DNA from: Phycisphaerales bacterium
GTDB lineage: Bacteria; Planctomycetota; Phycisphaerae; Phycisphaerales; SM1A02
Assembly (NCBI GenBank): GCA_014238125.1
Contig: JABABS010000088.1
Coordinates: forward strand, 20,847-84,846
Direction of reading: 5' to 3'
Length of the DNA: 64,000 nt
Part shown: one piece after another, positions 9,228-18,762 of the stretch
Position numbering within the stretch: the first letter of the stretch is position 1
How the letters are laid out: the number at the start of each line of letters is the position of its first letter
Notes under the pieces: generated by a model
Databases searched by the model: none
Told to the model about the DNA's origin: nothing
What the model saw: the letters and a program-made list of their open reading frames with translations, nothing else
Position numbers and translations under genes: made by a program

Positions 9228-10040
9228 TTAGGTTAGTTGTACTCCACATTCGCTGCAAATTGAGGCGCCTGCGACTTTTCTAGGATATCCACAGTGAAAA
9301 CAGTGGTCCTTAATCCAAGGGCGTTTACGCCAAATAAGGGCAATGACTATCCCCGGTCCACACAACCACAAACAGCCCATGATTGAAAGAATTAATGCAC
9401 CAAAAGAACCTGTTGCACAATAACAATCAGTTCGCCGTCGTACGATAAGCATCAATGGGACAGCGAGTAACAATTCAAAAATAGTGCCTGCAAATAACCA
9501 TCCTGTGATTCGCACAAGTGAACTTGGATCTTTACGCCGTCGTTGCACAAACACCCACAGTAACCAAGACCAGAACATCCAAGAAAGCAGAAGTGCACCA
9601 AACTCAATGTAGAAAATATACATCTCTGGCAAACTCGCTGGAGAAAAAAAGTCACTCCACTCAGCAGCCCACCATCCAACAAAAAGTAATGAAAAAATCG
9701 CCCATCCATCATTTGAAGGCATTGTCATTGACGTATGCACAATCGACATCACCAACATCCCAAACATAATGGTCAGGATTGCCGCAAACATTCCTGCGAT
9801 GAGTACGCTGCGAAACAGCGGCTTTCCCTTCGAAGTAATCGTTGGTGGTTTAACCAATGGCAAGATAAAGATGATTTGCGAGCCAACAAAAACCAAGACG
9901 GAAATTCCAACACCAAGCCAAGATATATGCGGAGCACTGTAGCCTGTCATTTGACCACCATACAAAAAAGCAGTTGTTGTGAGGAGTATCAGGATTGCTG
10001 AGATACTAAAAATCACCCACATTCGTAGAGAGAATCGCAT
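9228..10040 (-). CDS. polytopic membrane protein with C-terminal zinc-ribbon (CxxC-x10-CxxC)
   Basis: 270 aa with about 7-8 hydrophobic segments. C-terminus reads HCFHCGYPRKVAGASICSECGVQL. I recognise no family. Confidence 0.55.
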   Translation of the reverse strand: MRFSLRMWVIFSISAILILLTTTAFLYGGQMTGYSAPHISWLGVGISVLVFVGSQIIFILPLVKPPTITSKGKPLFRSVLIAGMFAAILTIMFGMLVMSIVHTSMTMPSNDGWAIFSLLFVGWWAAEWSDFFSPASLPEMYIFYIEFGALLLSWMFWSWLLWVFVQRRRKDPSSLVRITGWLFAGTIFELLLAVPLMLIVRRRTDCYCATGSFGALILSIMGCLWLCGPGIVIALIWRKRPWIKDHCFHCGYPRKVAGASICSECGVQLT

Positions 10041-10084
10041 GGCGTTCTATCGTCCACACCAACAATGGAGGTAGAATCCAATCC

Positions 10085-10879
10085 ATGGAATTCCACGCAC
10101 TGCAATTTAATGCCATTTTGCACGATTGGAAAGCAAATCGCGCTGAAGTTGAGAGACTTATTTCTGAAATTAACTTAACTGAAGGCGATTTCATCGTACT
10201 GCAAGAAATGACAGATACGGGCTGGTCAATGAAACTAGACCGAATCGTTGGTATAAGAACCGTTGATTGGGCTTGTACTCTTTCAAAAAAATACAATTGC
10301 TGGATTCAGGTTGGATGGGCAGATCGAGAAGGTGAACGCGGAAAAAATTGTGTCACAATCTGTGGACCAACTGGTGATTCTGTTGGCACATACACCAAAG
10401 TATTTACATGTAATCCAATGCGTGAGAACGAATATTTTGATGCAGGAAATGAACTACTCATCGTTGATCTTGGCGAGCTATCGGTTTGTCCAACCATTTG
10501 TTATGACCTACGCTTTCCAGAACTTTGGCGCATTGGAGCACTTGCTGGTGTTGATGTCTTTACAGTTTCTTCAAGTTGGCCACAACGAAGAATTGCACAT
10601 TGGGAAATCCTACTACGGGCACGCGCAATAGAGAACCAAGCATTTGTTGTTGCAACGAATAGAGTGGGTAAAGATGCAATCTCACAATGGGGAGGAAGAT
10701 CGATGATCATCAACCACATGGGTGACGTGGTTTGCCAAGGATCCGAATTGAATACCGAGACCATTTCAGCAAATATCGATGCCAAATACGCACGTCAATG
10801 GCAAAACGAGTTCAAAGTTCTCAAAGATATGAGAAAGGAAATGATCGGTTCCTGCAAAGTGACGAAGATCAAGGCTTGA
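10085..10879 (+). CDS. carbon-nitrogen hydrolase family protein (nitrilase superfamily, omega-amidase-like)
   Basis: Putative Glu-Lys-Cys triad contexts: FIVLQEM, YTKVF and PTICYDLRFPELW. 264 aa is typical for the family. Confidence 0.8.
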   Translation: MEFHALQFNAILHDWKANRAEVERLISEINLTEGDFIVLQEMTDTGWSMKLDRIVGIRTVDWACTLSKKYNCWIQVGWADREGERGKNCVTICGPTGDSVGTYTKVFTCNPMRENEYFDAGNELLIVDLGELSVCPTICYDLRFPELWRIGALAGVDVFTVSSSWPQRRIAHWEILLRARAIENQAFVVATNRVGKDAISQWGGRSMIINHMGDVVCQGSELNTETISANIDAKYARQWQNEFKVLKDMRKEMIGSCKVTKIKA

Positions 10880-10915
10880 TGCCGATGACCAAGTCGGGTA
10901 CGCTTTGTACCCTTC

Positions 10916-10988
10916 GGCGAAATAGCTCAGTTGGTAGAGCACTGCACTGAAAATGCAGGTGTCCCCGGTTCAAGTCCGGGTTTCGCCA
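10916..10988 (+). tRNA. tRNA-Phe (anticodon GAA)
   Basis: Folded by hand. Acceptor GGCGAAA/TTTCGCC, D-arm GCTC-AGTTGGTA-GAGC, anticodon arm CTGCA-CTGAAAA-TGCAG (GAA), T-arm CCCGG-TTCAAGT-CCGGG, discriminator A. No encoded CCA. Confidence 0.92.
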
Positions 10989-11027
10989 TTTTGGTCGCAC
11001 AGTGATCAACGCTTTTAGGAGTTTACG

Positions 11028-11885
11028 ATGAATACACAACATGAAGCCGTGATTCTCGTCTCTTGCCCAGATCAACTTGGACTTGTAGCCCATCTTGCAG
11101 CAGCGCTGCACAAAGCGGGATGCAATATTCTAGATGCTGCTCAATACACCGACACCCTCACAAATGTTTTTATTCAACGCATTCATATTTCATGCGAACG
11201 TTCTATAGACTCAAAAACACTGCAAAAACATCTCACTCCAATCGCCGATGAATTTGAAATGAAAATAAACATCCGCTGGACTGATAAGACGAAACGAGTT
11301 GCTATTTTTGTTTCGAAAGAAGATCATTGTTTACATGACCTTCTTCTCCTCCACCGAGATGGCGACTTACACTGTTCAATCGATTTGGTTATTTCAAATC
11401 ACGACGATCTTGCTGATGTTGCTGAGCGTTTTTGTATTCCGTACCACCACATTCCTGTACCGAACTCTGGTGATCCCGAAGTTGAACAACAACAAACTGC
11501 CATATTAGAAGACAACAACATCGACCTCCTTGTTCTTGCTAGATATATGAGAATATTCAGTGACACGTTTACGAAAAAATATGCGGGGAAAATTATCAAC
11601 ATTCACCATTCATTTTTACCCGCATTTGCTGGAGGGAAACCGTACCACCAAGCATTTGAAAAAGGCGTGAAACTCGTTGGGGCAACTGCACATTACGCAA
11701 CAACTGAACTTGACGAAGGTCCAATTATTGAGCAGGGTGTCATTCGTGTGTCACACAAAGATTCTGTAAAAGAAATGATTCGTAAGGGTCGTGATATAGA
11801 ACGAACTGTTCTTGCAAGAGCAGTTCGCTGGCACCTTGAAGATAGAATTATTGTGCACAACAATCGTGCAATTGTTTTTTCTTAA
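11028..11885 (+). CDS. purU: formyltetrahydrofolate deformylase
   Basis: N-terminal ACT domain (ILVSCPDQLGLVAHLAAALHKAGCNILDAAQY) followed by a formyltransferase domain (NIHHSFLPAFAGGKPYHQA, GATAHYAT). AGGAG RBS at 11017-11021. Confidence 0.88.
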   Translation: MNTQHEAVILVSCPDQLGLVAHLAAALHKAGCNILDAAQYTDTLTNVFIQRIHISCERSIDSKTLQKHLTPIADEFEMKINIRWTDKTKRVAIFVSKEDHCLHDLLLLHRDGDLHCSIDLVISNHDDLADVAERFCIPYHHIPVPNSGDPEVEQQQTAILEDNNIDLLVLARYMRIFSDTFTKKYAGKIINIHHSFLPAFAGGKPYHQAFEKGVKLVGATAHYATTELDEGPIIEQGVIRVSHKDSVKEMIRKGRDIERTVLARAVRWHLEDRIIVHNNRAIVFS

Positions 11886-12430
11886 GCAGAGTCTCGCATA
11901 CGATCTATTCGCATTTTTGTCACTAATCTGTGGATTGAATCACCAGTCACACTCGAACTACCCATACCACCGATTGGATAATGTTCAGAGAGTGCCGCTG
12001 CAAGTCTGTTGTCAGTTGTCATGACAAAATAAGCTGGTCGACCAAGTACACTAGTTGCAAACTTAAGCGCACGATGCAAGTGTTTTGGAGTTGTTGCAAT
12101 CACAAGCGTCTCGCCCTCAAGAGACATTGGAAGACATCGAAACTGCCATGCTTGTCTTGTCGTGATCATTTCCTTCGCTGCAGATCGAGGAATTTCAACA
12201 AACGGATCAATTGTCCGAGTGTTCTGTGCATATTGACATGCCCATGCTTCTTCAATCGCTTCCGTTGAAATTCTACACAGCGATTCAGCAATCACGCCAA
12301 AAGGACGTTTTGTTTTTCGCTGCTCAGAGAGTATTGCTTCTACTTGCGATTCAGTGAGCATCCCTTGCTCAACAAGAACTTCACCGAGGCGAAGTGGTTG
12401 CTTCATCTTCCATGATTTATTATTTGTCAT
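11882..12430 (-). CDS. stand-alone MshEN / T2SSE_N domain protein (candidate c-di-GMP receptor)
   Basis: RLGEVLVEQGMLTESQVEAILSEQ matches the 24-residue MshEN c-di-GMP-binding motif. A second degenerate copy (RPFGVIAESLCRISTEAIEEAWACQ) and a GspE-N-like alpha/beta part (LPMSLEGETLVIATTPKHL) follow. No ATPase domain is present. ATG 12430 preferred over TTG 12499. Confidence 0.65.
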   Translation of the reverse strand: MTNNKSWKMKQPLRLGEVLVEQGMLTESQVEAILSEQRKTKRPFGVIAESLCRISTEAIEEAWACQYAQNTRTIDPFVEIPRSAAKEMITTRQAWQFRCLPMSLEGETLVIATTPKHLHRALKFATSVLGRPAYFVMTTDNRLAAALSEHYPIGGMGSSSVTGDSIHRLVTKMRIDRMRDSA

Positions 12431-12543
12431 GCACGAACCATCGGCACGGCACAAACGTCTCTGAACTGGTGGATCGCAAGAAAAGCGCCTAAACGTCAAT
12501 TCATGCCGTTTGTGAGGGTTTTGTCGTTGTTATAGGGCTTCAA

Positions 12544-13683
12544 TCAGCAACAAACAGGCTCGCCAATGAGATTTTCTGGGTTAAGATCTAGCAAACGATC
12601 ATCCACAAACATCCCATCCTTACGGATCACTACACCGTCAAAGCTGATTGTACCACCACCGTATTCTGGTCGTTGAATCAACACGAGATCCCAGTGCACT
12701 TCTGATTTGTTCCCGTTGCATGCAACATCGTATGCATTTCCAGGAGTGAAATGCATCGAGCCTGCGATTTTTTCATCAAACAAAATGTCTTTCATCGCTT
12801 CTTTAATATAAGGATTAAAGCCAATTGCGAATTCACCAACAAATCTAGCGCCTTCATCTGAATTGAAAATATCTTCAAGATGCTCTTCACCTTGGTCTGC
12901 AGATGTGCCCACAATTTTTCCATCTTTAAATTCAAGACGGATATTCTCAAATGAATGGCCTCTATAAATAGATGGTGTGTTGTAATGAATTATTCCATTC
13001 ACCGAATCAATAACAGGTGCTGTAAATACTTCGCCATCTGGAATATTCATGTTCCCTGCACATGCGATTGCTGGAATGTCCTTTATAGAGAATCGAAGGT
13101 CAGTATCACCGGGACCTTGAATGTGTACCTCATCTGTTTCGTTCATGACAGTAACTAGTTTTTCTGCAGACTGTGCCATCCGGCTATAGTCCAATGTACA
13201 AACATCAAAGTAGAAATTTTCAAATGCCTCAGTATTCATACCAGCAAGTTGTGCCATCGCTGGTGTTGGCCAACGAAGAACGCACCACTTTGTGTGATTG
13301 AGCCTCTGTTCCATGTGCACAGGAATTCCATGTAATCTCGATTGTGCTTGCATTCGATCAGCAGGAATTCCAGTTGCTTCACTGATATTGTGCGAACCCC
13401 GCAGTCCGATATATGCATCCATCCGCTTCATACGCTCTAGGTCGTATTCGGCCATTACTTCAAACGCGTTATCTGTTCCGCCTGCACATACTGCACATGA
13501 AATTTGACTATCTCGAACAGCTACGTGTGCATTTGCGCCTGCAGCTTGCACAACCTTGACAAGCTCAATCACCATTTCACGAGGCATATCAAATGCTTCG
13601 ATCAAAATATGCTCCCCTGCTTGTAAATTTGTTGAGTGATGTATAAGTAGTTCTGCGAGTTTTGTATAGCGTGGATCGTTCAT
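12544..13683 (-). CDS. aminopeptidase, M29 (AmpS/PepS, aminopeptidase T-like) family
   Basis: 379 aa. N-terminus MNDPRYTKLAELLIHHSTNLQAGEHILIEAFDMP and overall layout resemble thermophilic metalloprotease M29 members. Recognised by similarity from memory only. Confidence 0.7.
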   Translation of the reverse strand: MNDPRYTKLAELLIHHSTNLQAGEHILIEAFDMPREMVIELVKVVQAAGANAHVAVRDSQISCAVCAGGTDNAFEVMAEYDLERMKRMDAYIGLRGSHNISEATGIPADRMQAQSRLHGIPVHMEQRLNHTKWCVLRWPTPAMAQLAGMNTEAFENFYFDVCTLDYSRMAQSAEKLVTVMNETDEVHIQGPGDTDLRFSIKDIPAIACAGNMNIPDGEVFTAPVIDSVNGIIHYNTPSIYRGHSFENIRLEFKDGKIVGTSADQGEEHLEDIFNSDEGARFVGEFAIGFNPYIKEAMKDILFDEKIAGSMHFTPGNAYDVACNGNKSEVHWDLVLIQRPEYGGGTISFDGVVIRKDGMFVDDRLLDLNPENLIGEPVCC

Positions 13684-13754
13684 GATATTCTCCTGTTTGA
13701 ACGGTGTATCGTACTAAAAAACTGACATTAAATCAGTTTTCTTCATTAACAAAT

Positions 13755-14696
13755 TCAGCCATCAAACAAATCGCAAGCCAAGTCAGCAACTTCTAGTTGA
13801 AGAGAATTGCCTTCGCGTATCCAGAGTTTTCCTTGATATTCATGATGCATTGGCGCAAGCCAAAACCAACCACCCAATTGTGATTCTGTAAATTGATTCC
13901 CATTCCAAAGACCATCATCACTTCTACCAACTGCAACGCGAGACCCACGAGGCGGATGCGTATCCCATCGCTCTTCGTGTGATCCATATAACGCAGACTT
14001 CACATATTCAACTCCCGTCACATTCGGGGTACAGACAAGGACTACATTTGCTTCCTTTGGCATGAACTGTTGTTGAGCGCGCCTTATTAATCGAACTACT
14101 CGCTCTGTGTGATCAACAAAACCATCTGGAAAACCTATAACCAATGAAACACGCTTCGCATCATTTGGTGCAACAATTTTCACACCACCAAGTTCGTTTC
14201 CATCTTCACCGAGAACAACATGTTCGTCTCCCAAACTTGCTCGTTCAATAAATTTACCTGCAGCCATTACAAAATATTGCATCGCTTCATCATCTAACCT
14301 GTCATGCCAACGAATTTTTACTACAAATGACCTATTTATTTTTTCGAGAATCCGCAATCTCGATGAAATTGTTAGACGGCGAGATGTTGTTCGTGTTCCT
14401 CCAAGTCTTTTCACATGCACAAATAAAGAACGACCATCTTTTTGAATATGCATGTCTACCGTTTTGCCTGTTGGCGTTGGTATTTCTACCGCAACTTGGC
14501 AACCCGCTTGCCGTGCGTGTCCAGCAACGAGTGTTTCAGCAAAACAATCAAGGAAACCCCTTCTGGTTTTACTTGCTTGAATTCTCCTGTACAAAACATC
14601 TAATTCTTGGTCGCCTTGCCAAGATCGAATCATCCCGACAATTGCTGGATTTAAATCATTTGCAAAAGCATCAAGACCGTTGTTAAAAGAAGTCAA
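13755..14696 (-). CDS. hypothetical protein, coupled to hflX
   Basis: 313-aa uninterrupted ORF. Candidate TTG start at 14696 overlaps the hflX stop (TTGA); the first ATG is at 14633. I recognise no family. Confidence 0.5.
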   Translation of the reverse strand: MTSFNNGLDAFANDLNPAIVGMIRSWQGDQELDVLYRRIQASKTRRGFLDCFAETLVAGHARQAGCQVAVEIPTPTGKTVDMHIQKDGRSLFVHVKRLGGTRTTSRRLTISSRLRILEKINRSFVVKIRWHDRLDDEAMQYFVMAAGKFIERASLGDEHVVLGEDGNELGGVKIVAPNDAKRVSLVIGFPDGFVDHTERVVRLIRRAQQQFMPKEANVVLVCTPNVTGVEYVKSALYGSHEERWDTHPPRGSRVAVGRSDDGLWNGNQFTESQLGGWFWLAPMHHEYQGKLWIREGNSLQLEVADLACDLFDG

Positions 14697-16111
14697 CTCG
14701 GTTCATTCCTCTCATCTGTAAGTGTATGAAGACGGTGTAGAGGAACTAGACAACTTGCATCTTGATCTTCTACAGAAGGCCAAAGTTTTTCAATCGCATC
14801 AGCTGGTTTTAAGTCATTAATCAGCAATCCACCACCATGCGACAGCAATTGGTGCACTTGCCTTTCACCAATTTTCACACGATACAAAGAACGAGTTCTG
14901 TCCCAGTCACGACCAAGCACTTCAGTTCGTTTTTCTATGAAGTCAACAGCTTTTCCTGCTGAAGTATCAATACTCAAAGCAACTTCACAAATTGGACCAA
15001 CTACAAACCCTCGAACTTCGCTCTCTAGTGCATCAATACCTTCTTGTGTCGTTGCACTTAATTGGATAGCCTCTGGGTATAGCGAAGTGAGCACCAACCT
15101 GTCACTGAGTTCTTTCACTTTGTCAATTTTGTTCAGAATCAAAATGCGTGGTTGTTCAGTTGCGCCAATATCATCAAGAGTTCTCTCAACTGTCTGAAGC
15201 TGGTGTGCCGCTGAAAGATCTGCCGCGTCAACTACAATCAATAATAACTGGCAATTCACTGTTTCTTCAAGCGTTGATCTAAAACTCGCAACAAGATGAT
15301 GTGGTAATTTTCTAACAAAACCTACTGTGTCGGACAACATTGCTCCAACACCACCGCCCAATTCCCACCGTTCTATCCTTGTTGACAAGGTTGCAAACAA
15401 TTGATCGTGCGCCCATGCGCCTCCAGAAGTAAGTGTATTAAAAATTGTAGATTTGCCAGCGTTTGTGTATCCAACTAATCCAACAGTGACGTGATCTATA
15501 TTGCGCTTTGCCACTTCACGAACAGATCGTTGTTGCATTGCCTCAAGATCTCGTCTTAATTGTTTCAAACGCCTTTGTACAAGACGGCGGTCAATTTCTA
15601 ATTGTTGTTCACCCGGTCCGCGTGTACCAATTCCAACTGGCGCGCCACCAGTCACTTGACCCAAGTGATCCCACATTGCGCGAAGCCGAGGATAAGTATA
15701 TTCAAGTTGAGCAATTTCGACTTGCAATCGTGCTTCAACAGTCGAAGCACGACTAGAAAAAATATCAAGAATAAGTTCACTTCGATCGATGATCTTACGC
15801 TCAGTCGCTTCTTCAATATTTTGAATTTGGGCAGGTGTCAAATCATGATCAAAAATAATCACTGATGCATCTGTAGATTCAGCCAAATCGCGAAGTTCAT
15901 CCAATTTGCCTTTGCCAACAAACGTACGTCCCCTTGGTAACCTTCGTTTTTGGGTTAAATGGCCAACAATCTGCCCGCCAGCCGACTCTGTAAGTGCTGA
16001 GAGTTCGGCGAACCGTTCATCTAGGGAAATTCTTTCACCAAGTAGGGTGAGGGCAACCAGAATCGCTCGCTCCGAAACAACGTTTAAATCTTCTCGTTTT
16101 TGATATCCCAT
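14693..16111 (-). CDS. hflX: GTPase HflX
   Basis: HflX N-terminal domain (ERAILVAL..., QIQNIEEATERKIIDRSELILDIF) followed by a GTPase domain: G1 GYTNAGKST, G3 DTVGF, G4 NKID. Start is uncertain: ATG 16111 preferred, GTG 16174 possible. Confidence 0.85.
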   Translation of the reverse strand: MGYQKREDLNVVSERAILVALTLLGERISLDERFAELSALTESAGGQIVGHLTQKRRLPRGRTFVGKGKLDELRDLAESTDASVIIFDHDLTPAQIQNIEEATERKIIDRSELILDIFSSRASTVEARLQVEIAQLEYTYPRLRAMWDHLGQVTGGAPVGIGTRGPGEQQLEIDRRLVQRRLKQLRRDLEAMQQRSVREVAKRNIDHVTVGLVGYTNAGKSTIFNTLTSGGAWAHDQLFATLSTRIERWELGGGVGAMLSDTVGFVRKLPHHLVASFRSTLEETVNCQLLLIVVDAADLSAAHQLQTVERTLDDIGATEQPRILILNKIDKVKELSDRLVLTSLYPEAIQLSATTQEGIDALESEVRGFVVGPICEVALSIDTSAGKAVDFIEKRTEVLGRDWDRTRSLYRVKIGERQVHQLLSHGGGLLINDLKPADAIEKLWPSVEDQDASCLVPLHRLHTLTDERNEPS

Positions 16112-16218
16112 ACAGTGATGTCTTTGATCTCCTTGTGGTGTATGGTATTCTATTAAGTAGAACATAACACTCACAAATCATTATTCTTAAAGGGGAATTC
16201 GGGGAAAGGAATTCGACG

Positions 16219-17712
16219 ATGACACGCCGCTCACGCTTTATACCCATCATGCTTGTAATACTCACTACGCTCGCAGCGGTACAACTATCACTTGCGTTGA
16301 CTTCAGCTACACCAAGTTATGATTTTTACGATCCACTCATTGATGTCCACAGACATGTCGTTGACCGTCACGTTGTAGAACCAGATGAAGAGGCAATGCA
16401 AGAAGCCGCGATCAACGCGATGCTTAAATCACTAGATGACCCCTATTCAGTTTATATCCCTTCAAGAGAAGTCGATACCTTTACTAAAGATCTCGAAGGA
16501 GATTACGCAGGTATCGGTGCCGAGGTGAGAATGGTTAAAAACGATGACCGGATGGAACTAATGATCGTTAGCCCAATGGATCAATCTCCAGCTTTACATT
16601 CTGGAATCCTTGCGGGCGACATCATTGAATCTATTGATGGCGAAGAAGCAACTGATACAGCAATTAATGCACTCGTCAGCCGGCTCACTGGTCCTGTCGG
16701 CACAGATGTCGTGCTCATGGTTAGGCACCCAAACGGAGAAAAAGAGGAAATCATAGTCACGCGTGGACATATTATTTCTCGAACTATTTCCGGATTAATT
16801 CGCCGTGATCAACAATGGAGTTGGTGCCTTGATGATGAACTCGGAATTGCATATATAAAAATACGACAATTTACTAGCTCCACAGTTGGTGAATTGCAAC
16901 TTGCTCTTTCGTCACTCAAAGATAACGGGCTCGATCGAGGGCTTGTGTTAGATCTTCGCGACAATCCCGGTGGCGCGCTCGATGCAGCAATCGCTGTCGT
17001 TGACATGTTTCTTGAAAACGGGCAAATTGTTACAGTCACGGGCAGAGGCAAGCCAAAAAGTGGAGCAAGAGCAACTCCAACACTTCTGACCAAAGTTCCA
17101 ATTCTTGTCCTCATAAACGGGAACTCTGCTTCAGCATCTGAGATTGTTGCGGGTGCCCTGCAAGGAAATCATCGAGCAGTTGTGCTTGGGAGTAGAAGCT
17201 TCGGCAAGGGTTCTGTGCAAGAAGTGCAGGAAATTGCTGGTGGATTACTTAAACTCACTGTTGCTAAGTACGACCTACCCACTGGCAGAACTATTGACAA
17301 AAAACTCACTCAAGATAAATCGCTCTGGGGAGTTGACCCTACTGAAGGTCTTGTTGTTATTGAATCCTTTCTAGACCACGAAGATCGAATTAAGACAACA
17401 GAAGCATATAGAGTCATCACCAACACCGAACCTGAAGATGCGAAATGTGGAGATGCAGATTGGATTGAATCTGTGTTAGGCGATTTCCAACTCGCGCAAG
17501 CACTACGAGCATTTACAACGAAACTCAACGACGGCGAATGGCCAACATTGAGTGATGATGACCCAATTGCTGCAAGTATAAATGATGAACTTGAGAAACT
17601 CTCCATAGCAATGGAACTTCACTTAGAAGCAATTGAAAAAATCGAACTACGTGTTGTTGCTTTGCAAGGCGAAGAAACAGATCCTCAACAAAAAAAAGTT
17701 ATAGAAGAATAG
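16219..17712 (+). CDS. ctpA: carboxy-terminal processing (tail-specific) protease, S41 family, with PDZ domain
   Basis: Signal/anchor segment, PDZ-like segment (GIGAEV..., GDIIESIDG), S41 catalytic context NGNSASASEIVAGALQ (Ser) and RSFGKGSVQ (Lys). Confidence 0.85.
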   Translation: MTRRSRFIPIMLVILTTLAAVQLSLALTSATPSYDFYDPLIDVHRHVVDRHVVEPDEEAMQEAAINAMLKSLDDPYSVYIPSREVDTFTKDLEGDYAGIGAEVRMVKNDDRMELMIVSPMDQSPALHSGILAGDIIESIDGEEATDTAINALVSRLTGPVGTDVVLMVRHPNGEKEEIIVTRGHIISRTISGLIRRDQQWSWCLDDELGIAYIKIRQFTSSTVGELQLALSSLKDNGLDRGLVLDLRDNPGGALDAAIAVVDMFLENGQIVTVTGRGKPKSGARATPTLLTKVPILVLINGNSASASEIVAGALQGNHRAVVLGSRSFGKGSVQEVQEIAGGLLKLTVAKYDLPTGRTIDKKLTQDKSLWGVDPTEGLVVIESFLDHEDRIKTTEAYRVITNTEPEDAKCGDADWIESVLGDFQLAQALRAFTTKLNDGEWPTLSDDDPIAASINDELEKLSIAMELHLEAIEKIELRVVALQGEETDPQQKKVIEE

Positions 17713-17718
17713 TCTGAC

Positions 17719-18762
17719 ATGCCGCTCGTTTTAGGAATTGAATCAAGTTGTGATGAGACTGCCGCAGCAGTTGTACGCGAAGGCAGGGATGTACTTTCGA
17801 ATATTGTTGCATCCCAAGATGATCTCCATCAAGAATACGGCGGTGTTGTGCCAGAAATTGCAAGCCGCGCGCATCTAGAAAGAATTCTTCCCATTGTCCA
17901 GAGAGCTGTAAAAAAAGCGAATATCAGTATTCATGAGATCGATTGCATCGCAGTTGGTAACCGCCCGGGTTTAATAGGTTCTCTTCTTGTGGGTGTTGCA
18001 GCAGCAAAAGCACTCGCGTGGTCACTTGGTAAACCGCTCGTTGCAGTTGATCACATACTCGCGCATCTTTGGGCACCAATGTTGAGTGGTGAAACCTCGC
18101 AATATCCAGCTCTTGGTGTCGTCGTCTCAGGCGGTCATACCTCACTGCTCCTTCTCGAAGATCCAACAACAGCAACGTGCCTCGGAAAAACAATCGATGA
18201 TGCTGCCGGTGAAGCGTTTGATAAAGCAGCATCTATACTAGATATGGGCTGGCCCGGCGGGCGATTGATTGACAAAGCAGCCCAAAAAGGTACAGCTACA
18301 CATCGCCTTCCTCGGCCAAAACTAAAAAACAATAACGCTGATTTTTCATTCAGTGGCTTGAAAACAGCACTCCTTTATGGCGTTCGAGGTAACCCTAAAA
18401 AAATCAACGGTAAGACTGTATTCCCAAAAGATGCCTCTTCTTTAAGTGCGGAAGAAAAAAACAATTGGTCCGCTTCGTTTCAAGAAGCGGTGGTAGACAC
18501 CATCATTCGCGGTGTTAAAGATGCAATCAAAAACAACAAAATCAATTGCATTGTTGCTGGCGGCGGAGTCGTGGCGAACACGCGTCTTCGCAAACATCTT
18601 CTTTCAGTTGCAGAAGAACATCACATACAATTACATATTCCGGAACTTTCGTATTGTGTCGACAATGCCGCGATGATCGCAGGCTTAGGTTGGCACCTTT
18701 TTTCAACTAATCAATTTGCAAACTTAGAATTAACTGCAAGTCCAAGGGGGATCGCATCATGA
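17719..18762 (+). CDS. tsaD: tRNA N6-adenosine threonylcarbamoyltransferase TsaD
   Basis: MPLVLGIESSCDETAAAVV..., VPEIASRAH, VSGGHT and GGGVVAN are classic Kae1/TsaD motifs. Confidence 0.92.
   Translation: MPLVLGIESSCDETAAAVVREGRDVLSNIVASQDDLHQEYGGVVPEIASRAHLERILPIVQRAVKKANISIHEIDCIAVGNRPGLIGSLLVGVAAAKALAWSLGKPLVAVDHILAHLWAPMLSGETSQYPALGVVVSGGHTSLLLLEDPTTATCLGKTIDDAAGEAFDKAASILDMGWPGGRLIDKAAQKGTATHRLPRPKLKNNNADFSFSGLKTALLYGVRGNPKKINGKTVFPKDASSLSAEEKNNWSASFQEAVVDTIIRGVKDAIKNNKINCIVAGGGVVANTRLRKHLLSVAEEHHIQLHIPELSYCVDNAAMIAGLGWHLFSTNQFANLELTASPRGIAS

Noticed and set aside
9145-10988. The segment bounded by tRNA-His and tRNA-Phe, considered as a possible integrated island.
   Set aside because: It is only 1.7 kb, with no integrase, no direct repeat of a tRNA 3' end that I could find, and no compositional break visible by eye.
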